DNA from: a virus
Taxonomy: Duplodnaviria; Heunggongvirae; Uroviricota; Caudoviricetes
IMG/VR virus record: IMGVR_UViG_2565956720_000013
Direction: 5' to 3' (one strand)
DNA: 21,942 nucleotides
Below the pieces are notes generated by a model. The model saw only the letters and a program-made list of their open reading frames with translations. It had not been told where the DNA came from and made no database searches. Below, piece after piece: positions 7,223 through 15,900 of this stretch. Made by a program: the position numbers and the translations under genes. How positions within the stretch are numbered: position 1 is the first letter of the stretch; every line of letters starts with the position of its first letter.

Positions 7223-9029
7223 ACTATCTGAATTATCTGCTATTGGGTATGTTGTTGGTCTGGAGGGCGAAAAAATAAGGATAAATCTTCATGAAGGATT
7301 GCAAGGTAGGCTAGCCTCTCATAGGGATGGTGTCAGTTCTGTTACTCAGCCTGGAGATTTGATCGGTTTTGATGCCGGAAATATTCTGGTTGTGGCTCGA
7401 GTTACAGATATGGCATTTGTCGAGGCTGATAAAGCACATCAGGCAAAAATAGGTACATCAGATATAGCAGATATCCCGTTAAGGCAAATAATAGCCTATG
7501 CAATAGGTTTTATTAGACGAGATATAGATGGATGTGTGTTTGTTTCGGAAGACTGGAGATTACCTGCTCTGGGAGCATCCGCTGTCCCATTAACATCTGA
7601 CTTTTTAAATGTCGTATATAGTATTGATAAAAATGATCTGGATAAAGCAATTGAGTTGGGAATAGATTCGAGGACTAAATCAGTTAAAATTTTAGCTAGC
7701 ATTGATAAATTACTAACTAGGCATATGGCTGTTTTGGGCAGTACTGGATATGGTAAATCTAATTTTAATGCTTTACTTACACGCCGCATTTCAGAACAGT
7801 ACCCTAATGCAAGAATAGTAATTTTTGATATTAATGGCGAGTATTCTCAGGCTTTTGAAGGTGTTGCTAATGTTAAACATACTATTTTAGGTGAGTTACC
7901 AAAAGGAGAGATTCCAAAACCACCTCTACAGAAAGGAGATATATTTTCTGAGAATAAACATTACTATTATAGAAAAATACCTTATCAAGCATTGGGATTT
8001 GCTGGGTTGATAAAATTACTACGCCCTAGTGATAAGACACAATTACCTGCATTAAGAAATGCGCTTAATGCTATAAATAGTGTTCATTTTTCCGATGATT
8101 CTTTCTTTCTTAAGGATAATGGGGGAAGGGTATTTGATATTTTTGATGATTGTAGAGATGAAGGGCAAGAAGTTTTATCTGCATGGTTGAGTTTCTTAAG
8201 AAGTGGGCATCTGTGTAAGGCAAATAAATGGCCGCCGTTTAAAAGTATTGCTAACTTAGTTGCGGAGTTTGGCTGCGTGGCGGCGGATTCGCGAAAAACT
8301 GGATCTAGTAAACGAGATGCTTTTAGCTATGGCAATGTTCTGCCATTGATTAAGATAATTCAACAGTTATCAGAGGATTCTAGATTCAAGTATATTGTTG
8401 ATTTAAATGGAGGTGGTGAATTATTAAGTGATGGCAAGCATTGGGAATTAGCTATGAGACAGGAGGTTGATTATTTTTTTGGTAAAGAAAAGGGAGAGGA
8501 GAATGACTGGAATATTCATATTGTTAATTTTAAGCATCTTTCACAAGATCATGCTCCAATGCTGTTAAGTGCATTATTAGAAATGTTTGCTGAAGTTCTC
8601 TTCCTTAGAGGTCAAGATAAAGCTTTTCCAACAGTGTTACTTCTTGAAGAAGCGCATCATTATTTAAGAGATCCTTATTCTGAAGTTGATGCTCAAATTA
8701 AAGCTTATGAAAGACTTGCAAAGGAAGGCCGTAAATTTAAATGTTCACTTATTGTGAGCACACAACGACCATCAGAGCTTTCATCAACAGTATTAGCAAT
8801 GTGTGCAAATTGGTTTTCGTTGCGTCTGACAAATGAGCGTGATTTGCAGACTTTACGGTATGCGATGGAAAGTGGAAATGAGTTAATGATTCGGCAGATT
8901 TCTGGGCTTCCCAGAGGAGATGCAATAGCGTTTGGTGCTGCTTTTAATATACCCGTAAGAATTTCAATTCACCCTGCTGTACCCGGTCCGAGATCGTCTG
9001 ACGCAAGTTATTCTCAAGAATGGCGATAA
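7209..9029 (+). CDS. HerA-like (FtsK/HerA superfamily) P-loop ATPase, partner of the SIR2-like protein
   Basis: 606 aa from ATG 7209 (AAGGGGAAGGGA SD; ORF-track start 7161 is upstream in frame); Walker A GSTGYGKSN; Walker B VLLLEEAHHY; downstream LIVSTQRPSELS motif typical of HerA/FtsK-type ATPases; overlaps the upstream gene by 14 nt. Confidence 0.8.
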   Translation: MSHFKLSELSAIGYVVGLEGEKIRINLHEGLQGRLASHRDGVSSVTQPGDLIGFDAGNILVVARVTDMAFVEADKAHQAKIGTSDIADIPLRQIIAYAIGFIRRDIDGCVFVSEDWRLPALGASAVPLTSDFLNVVYSIDKNDLDKAIELGIDSRTKSVKILASIDKLLTRHMAVLGSTGYGKSNFNALLTRRISEQYPNARIVIFDINGEYSQAFEGVANVKHTILGELPKGEIPKPPLQKGDIFSENKHYYYRKIPYQALGFAGLIKLLRPSDKTQLPALRNALNAINSVHFSDDSFFLKDNGGRVFDIFDDCRDEGQEVLSAWLSFLRSGHLCKANKWPPFKSIANLVAEFGCVAADSRKTGSSKRDAFSYGNVLPLIKIIQQLSEDSRFKYIVDLNGGGELLSDGKHWELAMRQEVDYFFGKEKGEENDWNIHIVNFKHLSQDHAPMLLSALLEMFAEVLFLRGQDKAFPTVLLLEEAHHYLRDPYSEVDAQIKAYERLAKEGRKFKCSLIVSTQRPSELSSTVLAMCANWFSLRLTNERDLQTLRYAMESGNELMIRQISGLPRGDAIAFGAAFNIPVRISIHPAVPGPRSSDASYSQEWR

Positions 9030-9183
9030 TCTTGTGGGAGAATGTAATAGGATAACGATAAATGCATCTATCTGCATTAATTCGAATTAGGTTGAGAGGA
9101 GTTCAAAAACAAATTTAGACCGGCATTAGAGTGGTTTAGATAGACATATGCAACTGCATTAAAACCGCCCCGTGAAGCGGGCG

Positions 9184-9202
9184 GGCGAGGCGGGGAAAGC
9201 AC
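9184..9202. other. cos cohesive-end site (P2/P4-type 19-nt sequence GGCGAGGCGGGGAAAGCAC)
   Basis: Exact match to the P2 cos cohesive-end sequence as I recall it; lies between the accessory locus and portal gene Q, as in P2; preceded by the hairpin ccgccc-N8-gggcgg. Confidence 0.7.
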
Positions 9203-9344
9203 TGCGCGCTGGCGGTGGTGCTGATTTTATTTTTTCAGCGTCTGAGCGCGTCGTGATGGCGTTTAGATTGTGTACCGGGGCGTTGGTGTGTCTGCGGGGT
9301 GTTTTGTGCGGTGGTGAGCGTGTGAGGGCGTGATGACGGGGTGT

Positions 9345-9366
9345 AAAAAAGCCGCCCGCAGGCGGC
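9345..9366 (-). terminator. Rho-independent terminator for the leftward P-Q transcript
   Basis: Minus-strand GC stem GCCGCC-tgcg-GGCGGC followed by a run of six T, immediately downstream of the portal stop codon (9372-9374). Confidence 0.55.
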
Positions 9367-9371
9367 GATGT

Positions 9372-10406
9372 TCAGCCGTTGTCAGTGTCCAGTGAGTAGT
9401 TTTTAAAGCGGATGACCTCCTGACCGAGCCAGCCGTTTATCTCGCGGATCCTGTCCTGTAACGGGATAAGCTCATTGCGGACAAAGACCTTTGCCACTTT
9501 CTCAATATCACCCAGCGACCCGACGTTCTCCGGCTTGCCGCCCATCAACTGAAAGGGGATGCGGTGCGCGTCCAGCAGGTCAGCGGCGCTGGCTTTTTTG
9601 ATATTAAAAAAATCGTCCTTCGTTGCCACTTCACTGAGCGGGATAATTTTAATGCCGTCGGCTTTTCCCTGCGGGGCATAGAGAAACAGATTTTTAAAGT
9701 TGTTGCGGCCTTTCGACTTGACCATGTTTTCGCGAAGCATTTCGATATCGTTGCGATCCTGCACGGCATCAGTGACGTACATGATGTATCCGGCATGTGC
9801 GCCGTTTTCGTAATACTTGCGGCGGAACAGCGTGGCTGACTCATTCAGCCAGGCAGAGTTAAGGGCGCTGAGATATTCCGGCATGCCGTACAGCTCCTGA
9901 TTAATATCCGGCTCCAGCAGATGAAACACGGAGCCGGGCGCGAAAGGTGTCGGCTCGTTGAAGGACGGCACCCACCAGTAAACATCCTCCTCCACGCCAC
10001 GGCGGGTATATTTTGCCGGTGAGGTTTCCAGTCTGATGACCTTACCGGTGGTGCTGTAACGCTTTTCCAGAAACGCATTACCGAACACCAGAAAATCCAG
10101 CACAAAGCGGCTGAAATCCTGTTGTGAAAGCCACGGATGCGGGATAAATGTCGAGGCCAGAATATTACGTTTGACGTAAATCGGTGAGCTGTGATGCACG
10201 GCAGCACGCAGGCTTTTTGCCAGACCGGTAAAGCTGACCGGTGGCTCATACCATCTGCCGTTACTGATGCACTCGACGTAATCCAGAATGTCACGGCGGT
10301 CGAGTACCGGCACCGGCTCACCAAAGGTGAATGCCTCCATTTTCGGGGCGCTGGCGGTCATTTTTTTTGCCTCAGGTTGCGGTGTTTTCCCTTTTTTCTT
10401 GCTCAT
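9372..10406 (-). CDS. Q: Portal protein gpQ
   Basis: 344 aa, the length I recall for P2 Q; start overlaps the terminase stop (ATGA overlap); leftward, next to cos. Confidence 0.9.
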   Translation of the reverse strand: MSKKKGKTPQPEAKKMTASAPKMEAFTFGEPVPVLDRRDILDYVECISNGRWYEPPVSFTGLAKSLRAAVHHSSPIYVKRNILASTFIPHPWLSQQDFSRFVLDFLVFGNAFLEKRYSTTGKVIRLETSPAKYTRRGVEEDVYWWVPSFNEPTPFAPGSVFHLLEPDINQELYGMPEYLSALNSAWLNESATLFRRKYYENGAHAGYIMYVTDAVQDRNDIEMLRENMVKSKGRNNFKNLFLYAPQGKADGIKIIPLSEVATKDDFFNIKKASAADLLDAHRIPFQLMGGKPENVGSLGDIEKVAKVFVRNELIPLQDRIREINGWLGQEVIRFKNYSLDTDNG

Positions 10407-12178
10407 CAGTAAAACTCCAGAATGGTGGATGTCAGCGGAGTGCTGATACCGGCGGTGAGTGGCTCATTTAACAGGGCGTGCATGGTCGCCCAGGCGAGGT
10501 CGGCGTGGCTGGCTTCCTCGCTGCGGCTGGCCTCATAGGTGGCACTGCGTCCGCTGCTGGTCATGGTCTTGCGGATAGCCATAAACGAGCTGGTGATGTC
10601 GGTGGCGCTGACGTCGTATTCCAGACAGCCACGGCGGATGACGTCTTTTGCCTTGAGCACCATTGCGGTTTTCATTTCCGGCGTGTAGCGGATGTCGCGC
10701 GCGGCGGGATAGAACGAGCGCACGAGCTGGAACACGCCGACACCGAGGCCGGTGGCATCAATACCGATGTATTCGACGTTGTATTTTTCGGTGAGTTTGC
10801 GGATGGATTCCGCCTGGGTGGCAAAGTCCATGCCTTTCCACTGGTGACGCTCAAGTATTCTGAATTTGCCACCGGCCACCACCGGCGGTGCCAGCACCAC
10901 GCATCCGGCACTGTCGCCACGGTGTGACGGGTCGTAACCAATCCAGACCGGGCGGGAGCCGAACGGATTCGCGGCAAACGGCGCATAGTCTTCCCATTCT
11001 TCCAGCGTGTCGACCATGCAGCGTTGCAGCTCCTCGAACGGGAATACCGACGCCTTGTCGTCAACAAATTCACACATGAACAGGTTTTTAAAATCGTCGG
11101 CGCTGTTTTCGCGTTTAAGCTGCTCAATGTCGAACAGCGTGCAGCCACCTTTCAGGGCGTCCTCAATGGTGACAATCTGCCGCCACTGGCCGTCCGCACA
11201 GAGAAGCCCACCGGCAAGGGCGTTATGACTGACGTCGATTTCCACGCGTTCGGCGGCGCTGGCGCGTCCCCGGTTGAACAGTTCACCCGACCAGAACGGA
11301 TAGGCGTCGTGCGCCAGCGTGGACGGGGTGGAGAAATAGGTCGAGCGCAGGTGACTCTGTGAGGCCATACCTGATGCCACCTTACGCAGTACCTGAAAAT
11401 TCGGGATCCAGAAAATCTCATCGACGTACAGGTCGCCGTTATGGCTCTGCGCGGTGTTGGAGTTGGTGCCGAGAAAAATCAGTTTTGCGCCGTTATTGCC
11501 CAGGACAATCGGGTCACCGGTCAGGTCAACGTCAACCAGCCGGGCAAAGGCGATGATGTATTCGCGGAACACATACGCCTGCGTTTTACTGGCCGACAGA
11601 AAAATCTGGTTATGACCGGTTTTCAGGGCGCGCAGCAGCGCCTCGCGGGAAAAATAAAACGTCGCGCCAATCTGGCGGGATTTCAGGATATCGCGGATGC
11701 GGTGCTCAAGCCCGGCGCGATACCAGTGCAACTGATAGTCGAAAGACTGCTCAAAGAAAATCTGCTCCAGCTTTTCGATGGCCTCGTCACTGAAAAAATT
11801 CTTTTTCGGTTTGCGACGCCCGCCTTTGTTGCGGTTAGCGACGTTCGGATTAAGGTCTGCCTCGTTGCCGGTCTGACTGTAGCGGTTGACCCGCGCCAGC
11901 CGTTCAATCTGGCGTCCCAGCAGGTCAATTTCCTTGAAGTCACCGCCGGTTTTCTGCGGTTTGATGATGAGCTGGGTCAGCCGCGCTTCCAGACTCATTT
12001 CGACACGGCTGATGGGGGCAACGCTGTCCCAGCCGTCGCGCTGTTTCCAGCTCTGCACCGTCGGGCGTTTCATCTGCAACATGGCGGCAATCTGCGGCAC
12101 GGAAAACCCCTGCCAGTACAGCAGCGCCGCCTGACGACGCGGGTCGTGTAAAAGAGTGGTGTCTGTGGTGATGGTCAT
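10406..12178 (-). CDS. P: Terminase large subunit (ATPase) gpP
   Basis: 590 aa from ATG 12178 (MTITTDTTLLHD; ORF-track start 12208 is a TTG), the length I recall for P2 P; GAGGT SD; upstream of and coupled to the portal gene. Confidence 0.9.
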   Translation of the reverse strand: MTITTDTTLLHDPRRQAALLYWQGFSVPQIAAMLQMKRPTVQSWKQRDGWDSVAPISRVEMSLEARLTQLIIKPQKTGGDFKEIDLLGRQIERLARVNRYSQTGNEADLNPNVANRNKGGRRKPKKNFFSDEAIEKLEQIFFEQSFDYQLHWYRAGLEHRIRDILKSRQIGATFYFSREALLRALKTGHNQIFLSASKTQAYVFREYIIAFARLVDVDLTGDPIVLGNNGAKLIFLGTNSNTAQSHNGDLYVDEIFWIPNFQVLRKVASGMASQSHLRSTYFSTPSTLAHDAYPFWSGELFNRGRASAAERVEIDVSHNALAGGLLCADGQWRQIVTIEDALKGGCTLFDIEQLKRENSADDFKNLFMCEFVDDKASVFPFEELQRCMVDTLEEWEDYAPFAANPFGSRPVWIGYDPSHRGDSAGCVVLAPPVVAGGKFRILERHQWKGMDFATQAESIRKLTEKYNVEYIGIDATGLGVGVFQLVRSFYPAARDIRYTPEMKTAMVLKAKDVIRRGCLEYDVSATDITSSFMAIRKTMTSSGRSATYEASRSEEASHADLAWATMHALLNEPLTAGISTPLTSTILEFY

Positions 12179-12351
12179 GAATACCTCGCCGTGATGAATA
12201 CACGGCAAGGCTACTGAGTCGCGCCCCGCGATTCGCTAAGGTGCTGTTGTGTCAGTGATAAGCCATCCGGGACTGATGGCGGAGGATGCGCATCGTCGGG
12301 AAACTGATGCCGACATGTGACTCCTCTAATCACTATTCAGGACTCCTGACA
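12179..12351. promoter_or_regulatory. Divergent late-promoter interval between terminase P (leftward) and scaffold O (rightward)
   Basis: 173-bp non-coding interval between divergent late operons; by analogy with the P2 P_P/P_O promoters; no perfect TGT-N12-ACA activator dyad was found by eye. Confidence 0.4.
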
Positions 12352-13206
12352 ATGGCAAAAAAAGTCTCAAAATTCTTTCGTATCGGCGTTGAGGGTGACA
12401 CCTGTGACGGGCGTGTCATCAGTGCGCAGGATATTCAGGAAATGGCCGAAACCTTTGACCCGCGTGTCTATGGTTGCCGCATTAACCTGGAACATCTGCG
12501 CGGCATCCTGCCTGACGGTATTTTTAAGCGTTATGGCGATGTGGTCGAACTGAAGGCCGAAAAGATTGACGATGATTCGGCGCTGAAAGGCAAATGGGCG
12601 CTGTTTGCGAAAATCACCCCGACCGATGACCTTATCGCGATGAACAAGGCCGCGCAGAAGGTCTATACCTCAATGGAAATTCAGCCGAACTTTGCCAATA
12701 CCGGCAAATGTTATCTGGTGGGTCTGGCCGTCACCGATGACCCGGCAAGCCTCGGCACGGAATACCTGGAATTCTGCCGCACGGCAAAACACAACCCTCT
12801 GAACCGCTTCAAATTAAGCCCTGAAAACCTGATTTCAGTGGCAACGCCTGTTGAGCTGGAATTTGAAGACCTGCCTGAAACCGTGTTCACAGCCCTGACC
12901 GAAAAGGTGAAATCCATTTTTGGCCGCAAACAGGCCAGCGATGACGCCCGTCTGAATGACGTGCATGAAGCGGTGACCGCTGTTGCTGAACATGTGCAGG
13001 AAAAACTGAGCGCCACTGAGCAGCGCCTCGCAGAGATGGAAACCGCCTTTTCCGCACTTAAGCAGGAGGTGACTGACAGGGCGGATGAAACCAGTCAGGC
13101 ATTCACCCGCCTGAAAAACAGTCTCGACCACACCGAAAGTCTGACCCAGCAGCGCCGCAGCAAGGCCACCGGCGGTGGCGGTGACGCCCTGATGACGAAC
13201 TGCTGA
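12352..13206 (+). CDS. O: Capsid scaffolding protein gpO
   Basis: 284 aa from ATG 12352 (MAKKVSKFF), the length I recall for P2 O; first gene of the rightward late operon. Confidence 0.9.
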   Translation: MAKKVSKFFRIGVEGDTCDGRVISAQDIQEMAETFDPRVYGCRINLEHLRGILPDGIFKRYGDVVELKAEKIDDDSALKGKWALFAKITPTDDLIAMNKAAQKVYTSMEIQPNFANTGKCYLVGLAVTDDPASLGTEYLEFCRTAKHNPLNRFKLSPENLISVATPVELEFEDLPETVFTALTEKVKSIFGRKQASDDARLNDVHEAVTAVAEHVQEKLSATEQRLAEMETAFSALKQEVTDRADETSQAFTRLKNSLDHTESLTQQRRSKATGGGGDALMTNC

Positions 13207-13264
13207 CCGGCGTCAGTCAGTCCGGGAAAACCTTCACGATTAACCCTTAATTTCAGGAAAAACT

Positions 13265-14338
13265 ATGCGCCAGGAAACCCGCTTTAAATTTAATGCCTAC
13301 CTGTCCCGTGTTGCCGAACTGAACGGCATCGACGCCGGTGATGTGTCGAAAAAATTCACCGTTGAACCGTCGGTCACCCAGACCCTGATGAACACCATGC
13401 AGGAGTCCTCTGATTTCCTGACCCGCATCAACATTGTGCCGGTCAGCGAAATGAAAGGGGAAAAAATTGGCATCGGTGTCACCGGCTCCATCGCCAGCAC
13501 CACCGACACCGCCGGTGGCACCGAGCGTCAGCCGAAGGACTTCTCGAAGCTGGCGTCAAACAAGTACGAATGCGACCAGATTAACTTCGATTTTTATATC
13601 CGCTACAAAACGCTTGACCTGTGGGCGCGTTATCAGGATTTCCAGCTCCGTATCCGTAACGCCATTATCAAACGCCAGTCCCTTGATTTCATCATGGCCG
13701 GTTTTAACGGCGTGAAGCGTGCCGAAACCTCTGACCGCAGCAGCAATCCGATGCTGCAGGATGTGGCAGTCGGCTGGCTGCAGAAATACCGCAATGAAGC
13801 TCCGGCGCGCGTGATGAGCAAGGTCACTGACGAGGAAGGTCACACGACCTCTGAGGTCATCCGCGTGGGTAAGGGCGGTGATTATGCCAGCCTCGATGCA
13901 CTGGTGATGGATGCGACCAACAACCTGATTGAACCGTGGTATCAGGAAGACCCTGACCTTGTGGTGATTGTGGGGCGTCAGCTACTGGCGGACAAGTATT
14001 TCCCCATCGTCAACAAAGAGCAGGACAACAGCGAAATGCTGGCCGCTGACGTCATCATCAGCCAGAAACGCATCGGCAACCTGCCAGCGGTACGCGTCCC
14101 GTACTTCCCGGCGGATGCGATGCTCATCACGAAGCTGGAAAACCTGTCCATCTACTACATGGATGACAGCCATCGCCGCGTGATTGTGGAAAACCCGAAA
14201 CTCGACCGCGTGGAGAACTACGAGTCAATGAACATTGATTACGTGGTGGAAGACTACGCCGCCGGTTGTCTGGTGGAAAAAATTAAGGTCGGTGATTTCT
14301 CCACACCGGCTAAAGCGACCGCAGAGCCGGGAGCGTAA
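13265..14338 (+). CDS. N: Major capsid protein gpN
   Basis: 357 aa, the length I recall for P2 N; syntenic position after the scaffold gene. Confidence 0.9.
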   Translation: MRQETRFKFNAYLSRVAELNGIDAGDVSKKFTVEPSVTQTLMNTMQESSDFLTRINIVPVSEMKGEKIGIGVTGSIASTTDTAGGTERQPKDFSKLASNKYECDQINFDFYIRYKTLDLWARYQDFQLRIRNAIIKRQSLDFIMAGFNGVKRAETSDRSSNPMLQDVAVGWLQKYRNEAPARVMSKVTDEEGHTTSEVIRVGKGGDYASLDALVMDATNNLIEPWYQEDPDLVVIVGRQLLADKYFPIVNKEQDNSEMLAADVIISQKRIGNLPAVRVPYFPADAMLITKLENLSIYYMDDSHRRVIVENPKLDRVENYESMNIDYVVEDYAAGCLVEKIKVGDFSTPAKATAEPGA

Positions 14339-14341
14339 CCG

Positions 14342-15085
14342 ATGATGAGTCCCGCACAGCGCCACATGATGCGGGTCTCGGCAGCGATGACCGCGCAGCG
14401 GGACGCCGCCCCGCTGCGACATGCAACTGTCTATGAGCAGATGCTGGTCAAGCTGGCCGCAGACCAGCGCACACTGAAAGCGATTTATTCAAAAGAGCTG
14501 AAGGCCGCGAAAAAACGCGAACTGCTGCCGTTCTGGTTGCCGTGGGTGAACGGTGTGCTGGAGCAGGGCAAAGGTGCACAGGATGACATTCTGATGACGG
14601 TCATGCTGTGGCGTCTGGATACCGGCGATATTGCCGGTGCGCTGGAGATTGCCCGTTATGCCCTGAAGTACGGTCTGACCATGCCGGGTAAACACCGCCG
14701 CACCCCGCCGTACATGTTCACCGAGGAGGTGGCGCTCGCGGCCATGCGCGCCCACGCTGCCGGTGAGTCTGTGGATACCCGCCTGCTGACGGAGACCCTT
14801 GCACTGACCGCCACGGCAGACATGCCTGATGAAGTGCGCGCAAAGCTGCACAAAATCACCGGTCTGTTTCTGCGTGACGCTGGTGATGCCGCCGGTGCGC
14901 TGGCTCACCTGCAACGTGCGACACAGCTCGACTGTCAGGCAGGCGTCAAAAAAGAGATTGAACGACTGGAGCGGGAGCTGAAACCGAAGCCAGAGCCGCA
15001 GCCCAAAGCGGCCACCAGTGCCACGCGTAAGACCCGGAGTGCGACACCGGCAAAACGTGGACGCCCGAAAAAGAAAGCCAGTTAA
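14342..15085 (+). CDS. M: Terminase small subunit / endonuclease gpM
   Basis: 247 aa, the length I recall for P2 M; basic Lys/Arg-rich C-terminal tail (TRKTRSATPAKRGRPKKKAS); syntenic. Confidence 0.85.
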   Translation: MMSPAQRHMMRVSAAMTAQRDAAPLRHATVYEQMLVKLAADQRTLKAIYSKELKAAKKRELLPFWLPWVNGVLEQGKGAQDDILMTVMLWRLDTGDIAGALEIARYALKYGLTMPGKHRRTPPYMFTEEVALAAMRAHAAGESVDTRLLTETLALTATADMPDEVRAKLHKITGLFLRDAGDAAGALAHLQRATQLDCQAGVKKEIERLERELKPKPEPQPKAATSATRKTRSATPAKRGRPKKKAS

Positions 15086-15184
15086 CAACCGAATGCGCCC
15101 CGCGCCAGGGCGGCACGCCGGTCTGTGAGGGTGAATCACCTGACACTGTACCGGCGTCCACCGCCCGACTTTTCAGAGGTAGTC

Positions 15185-15694
15185 ATGATGACGCTGATTA
15201 TTCCGCGAAAGGAGGCTCCCGTGTCTGGTGAGGGTACGGTGGTCATCCCGCAACCGGCAGGCGACGAGCCGGTGATTAAAAACACGTTCTTTTTTCCCGA
15301 TATCGACCCGAAGCGCGTCCGGGAACGTATGCGCCTTGAGCAGACCGTCGCCCCCGCCCGTCTGCGTGAGGCCATCAAGTCAGGCATGGCTGAAACGAAT
15401 GCGGAGCTGTACGAGTACCGCGAACAGAAAATTGCTGCCGGTTTTACGCGTCTGGCGGACGTCCCGGCGGACGACATCGACGGTGAAAGCATCAAAGTTT
15501 TTTACTACGAGCGCGCCGTGTGTGCGATGGCGACCGCGTCGCTTTATGAGCGTTATCGCGGTGTGGATGCCAGTGCGAAAGGCGACAAGAAGGCTGACAG
15601 CATTGACAGCACCATCGATGAACTGTGGCGGGATATGCGCTGGGCAGTGGCGCGCATCCAGGACAAGCCGCGCTGCATCGTGAGTCAAATCTGA
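15185..15694 (+). CDS. L: Head completion / stabilisation protein gpL
   Basis: 169 aa from ATG 15185 (GAGGT SD; ORF-track start 15125 is upstream in frame), the length I recall for P2 L. Confidence 0.8.
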   Translation: MMTLIIPRKEAPVSGEGTVVIPQPAGDEPVIKNTFFFPDIDPKRVRERMRLEQTVAPARLREAIKSGMAETNAELYEYREQKIAAGFTRLADVPADDIDGESIKVFYYERAVCAMATASLYERYRGVDASAKGDKKADSIDSTIDELWRDMRWAVARIQDKPRCIVSQI

Positions 15695-15897
15695 TGAAGA
15701 CCTTTGCGCTACAGGGCGACACGCTCGACGCCATTTGTGTCCGGTATTACGGGCGCACTGAGGGCGTGGTCGAGGCCGTGCTCGCCGCAAATCCGGGACT
15801 GGCTGAACTGGGTGCGGTGCTGCCACACGGCACCGCCGTCGAACTGCCCGACGTTCAGACCGCGCCCGTGGCTGAAACTGTCAATCTGTGGGAGTAA
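15694..15897 (+). CDS. X: Tail protein gpX
   Basis: 67 aa from ATG 15694 overlapping the L stop (TGATG), the length I recall for P2 X. Confidence 0.75.
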   Translation: MKTFALQGDTLDAICVRYYGRTEGVVEAVLAANPGLAELGAVLPHGTAVELPDVQTAPVAETVNLWE

Positions 15898-15900
15898 CGC

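Noticed and set aside
7496-7789. 97-aa minus-strand ORF inside the HerA-like gene
   Set aside because: Antisense to the Walker A region of a gene with strong motif support; no SD and no recognisable features
5975-9029. Possibility that the cargo genes are P2 tin and old
   Set aside because: Old is an ABC-type ATPase fused to a TOPRIM nuclease and Tin is a small protein. Here gene 1 has sirtuin-type GAGxS / TTNYD / HGS motifs and gene 2 has HerA/FtsK-type Walker A, Walker B and TQRP motifs, so the SIR2+HerA interpretation fits better
9545-12203. Many 60-240 aa ORFs on both strands overlapping the portal and large-terminase genes (for example 9845-10324 minus, 10478-10927 plus, 10672-11148 minus, 11441-12151 plus)
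   Set aside because: They lie in alternative frames or antisense inside long, well-supported genes whose lengths match P2 Q and P; such open frames are expected by chance in GC-rich coding DNA, and none has its own ribosome-binding site or recognisable motifs
14489-15139. 216-aa minus-strand ORF antisense to the small terminase gene M
   Set aside because: Entirely antisense to a well-supported late gene; Arg/Cys/Gly-rich, low-complexity translation typical of a spurious reverse frame
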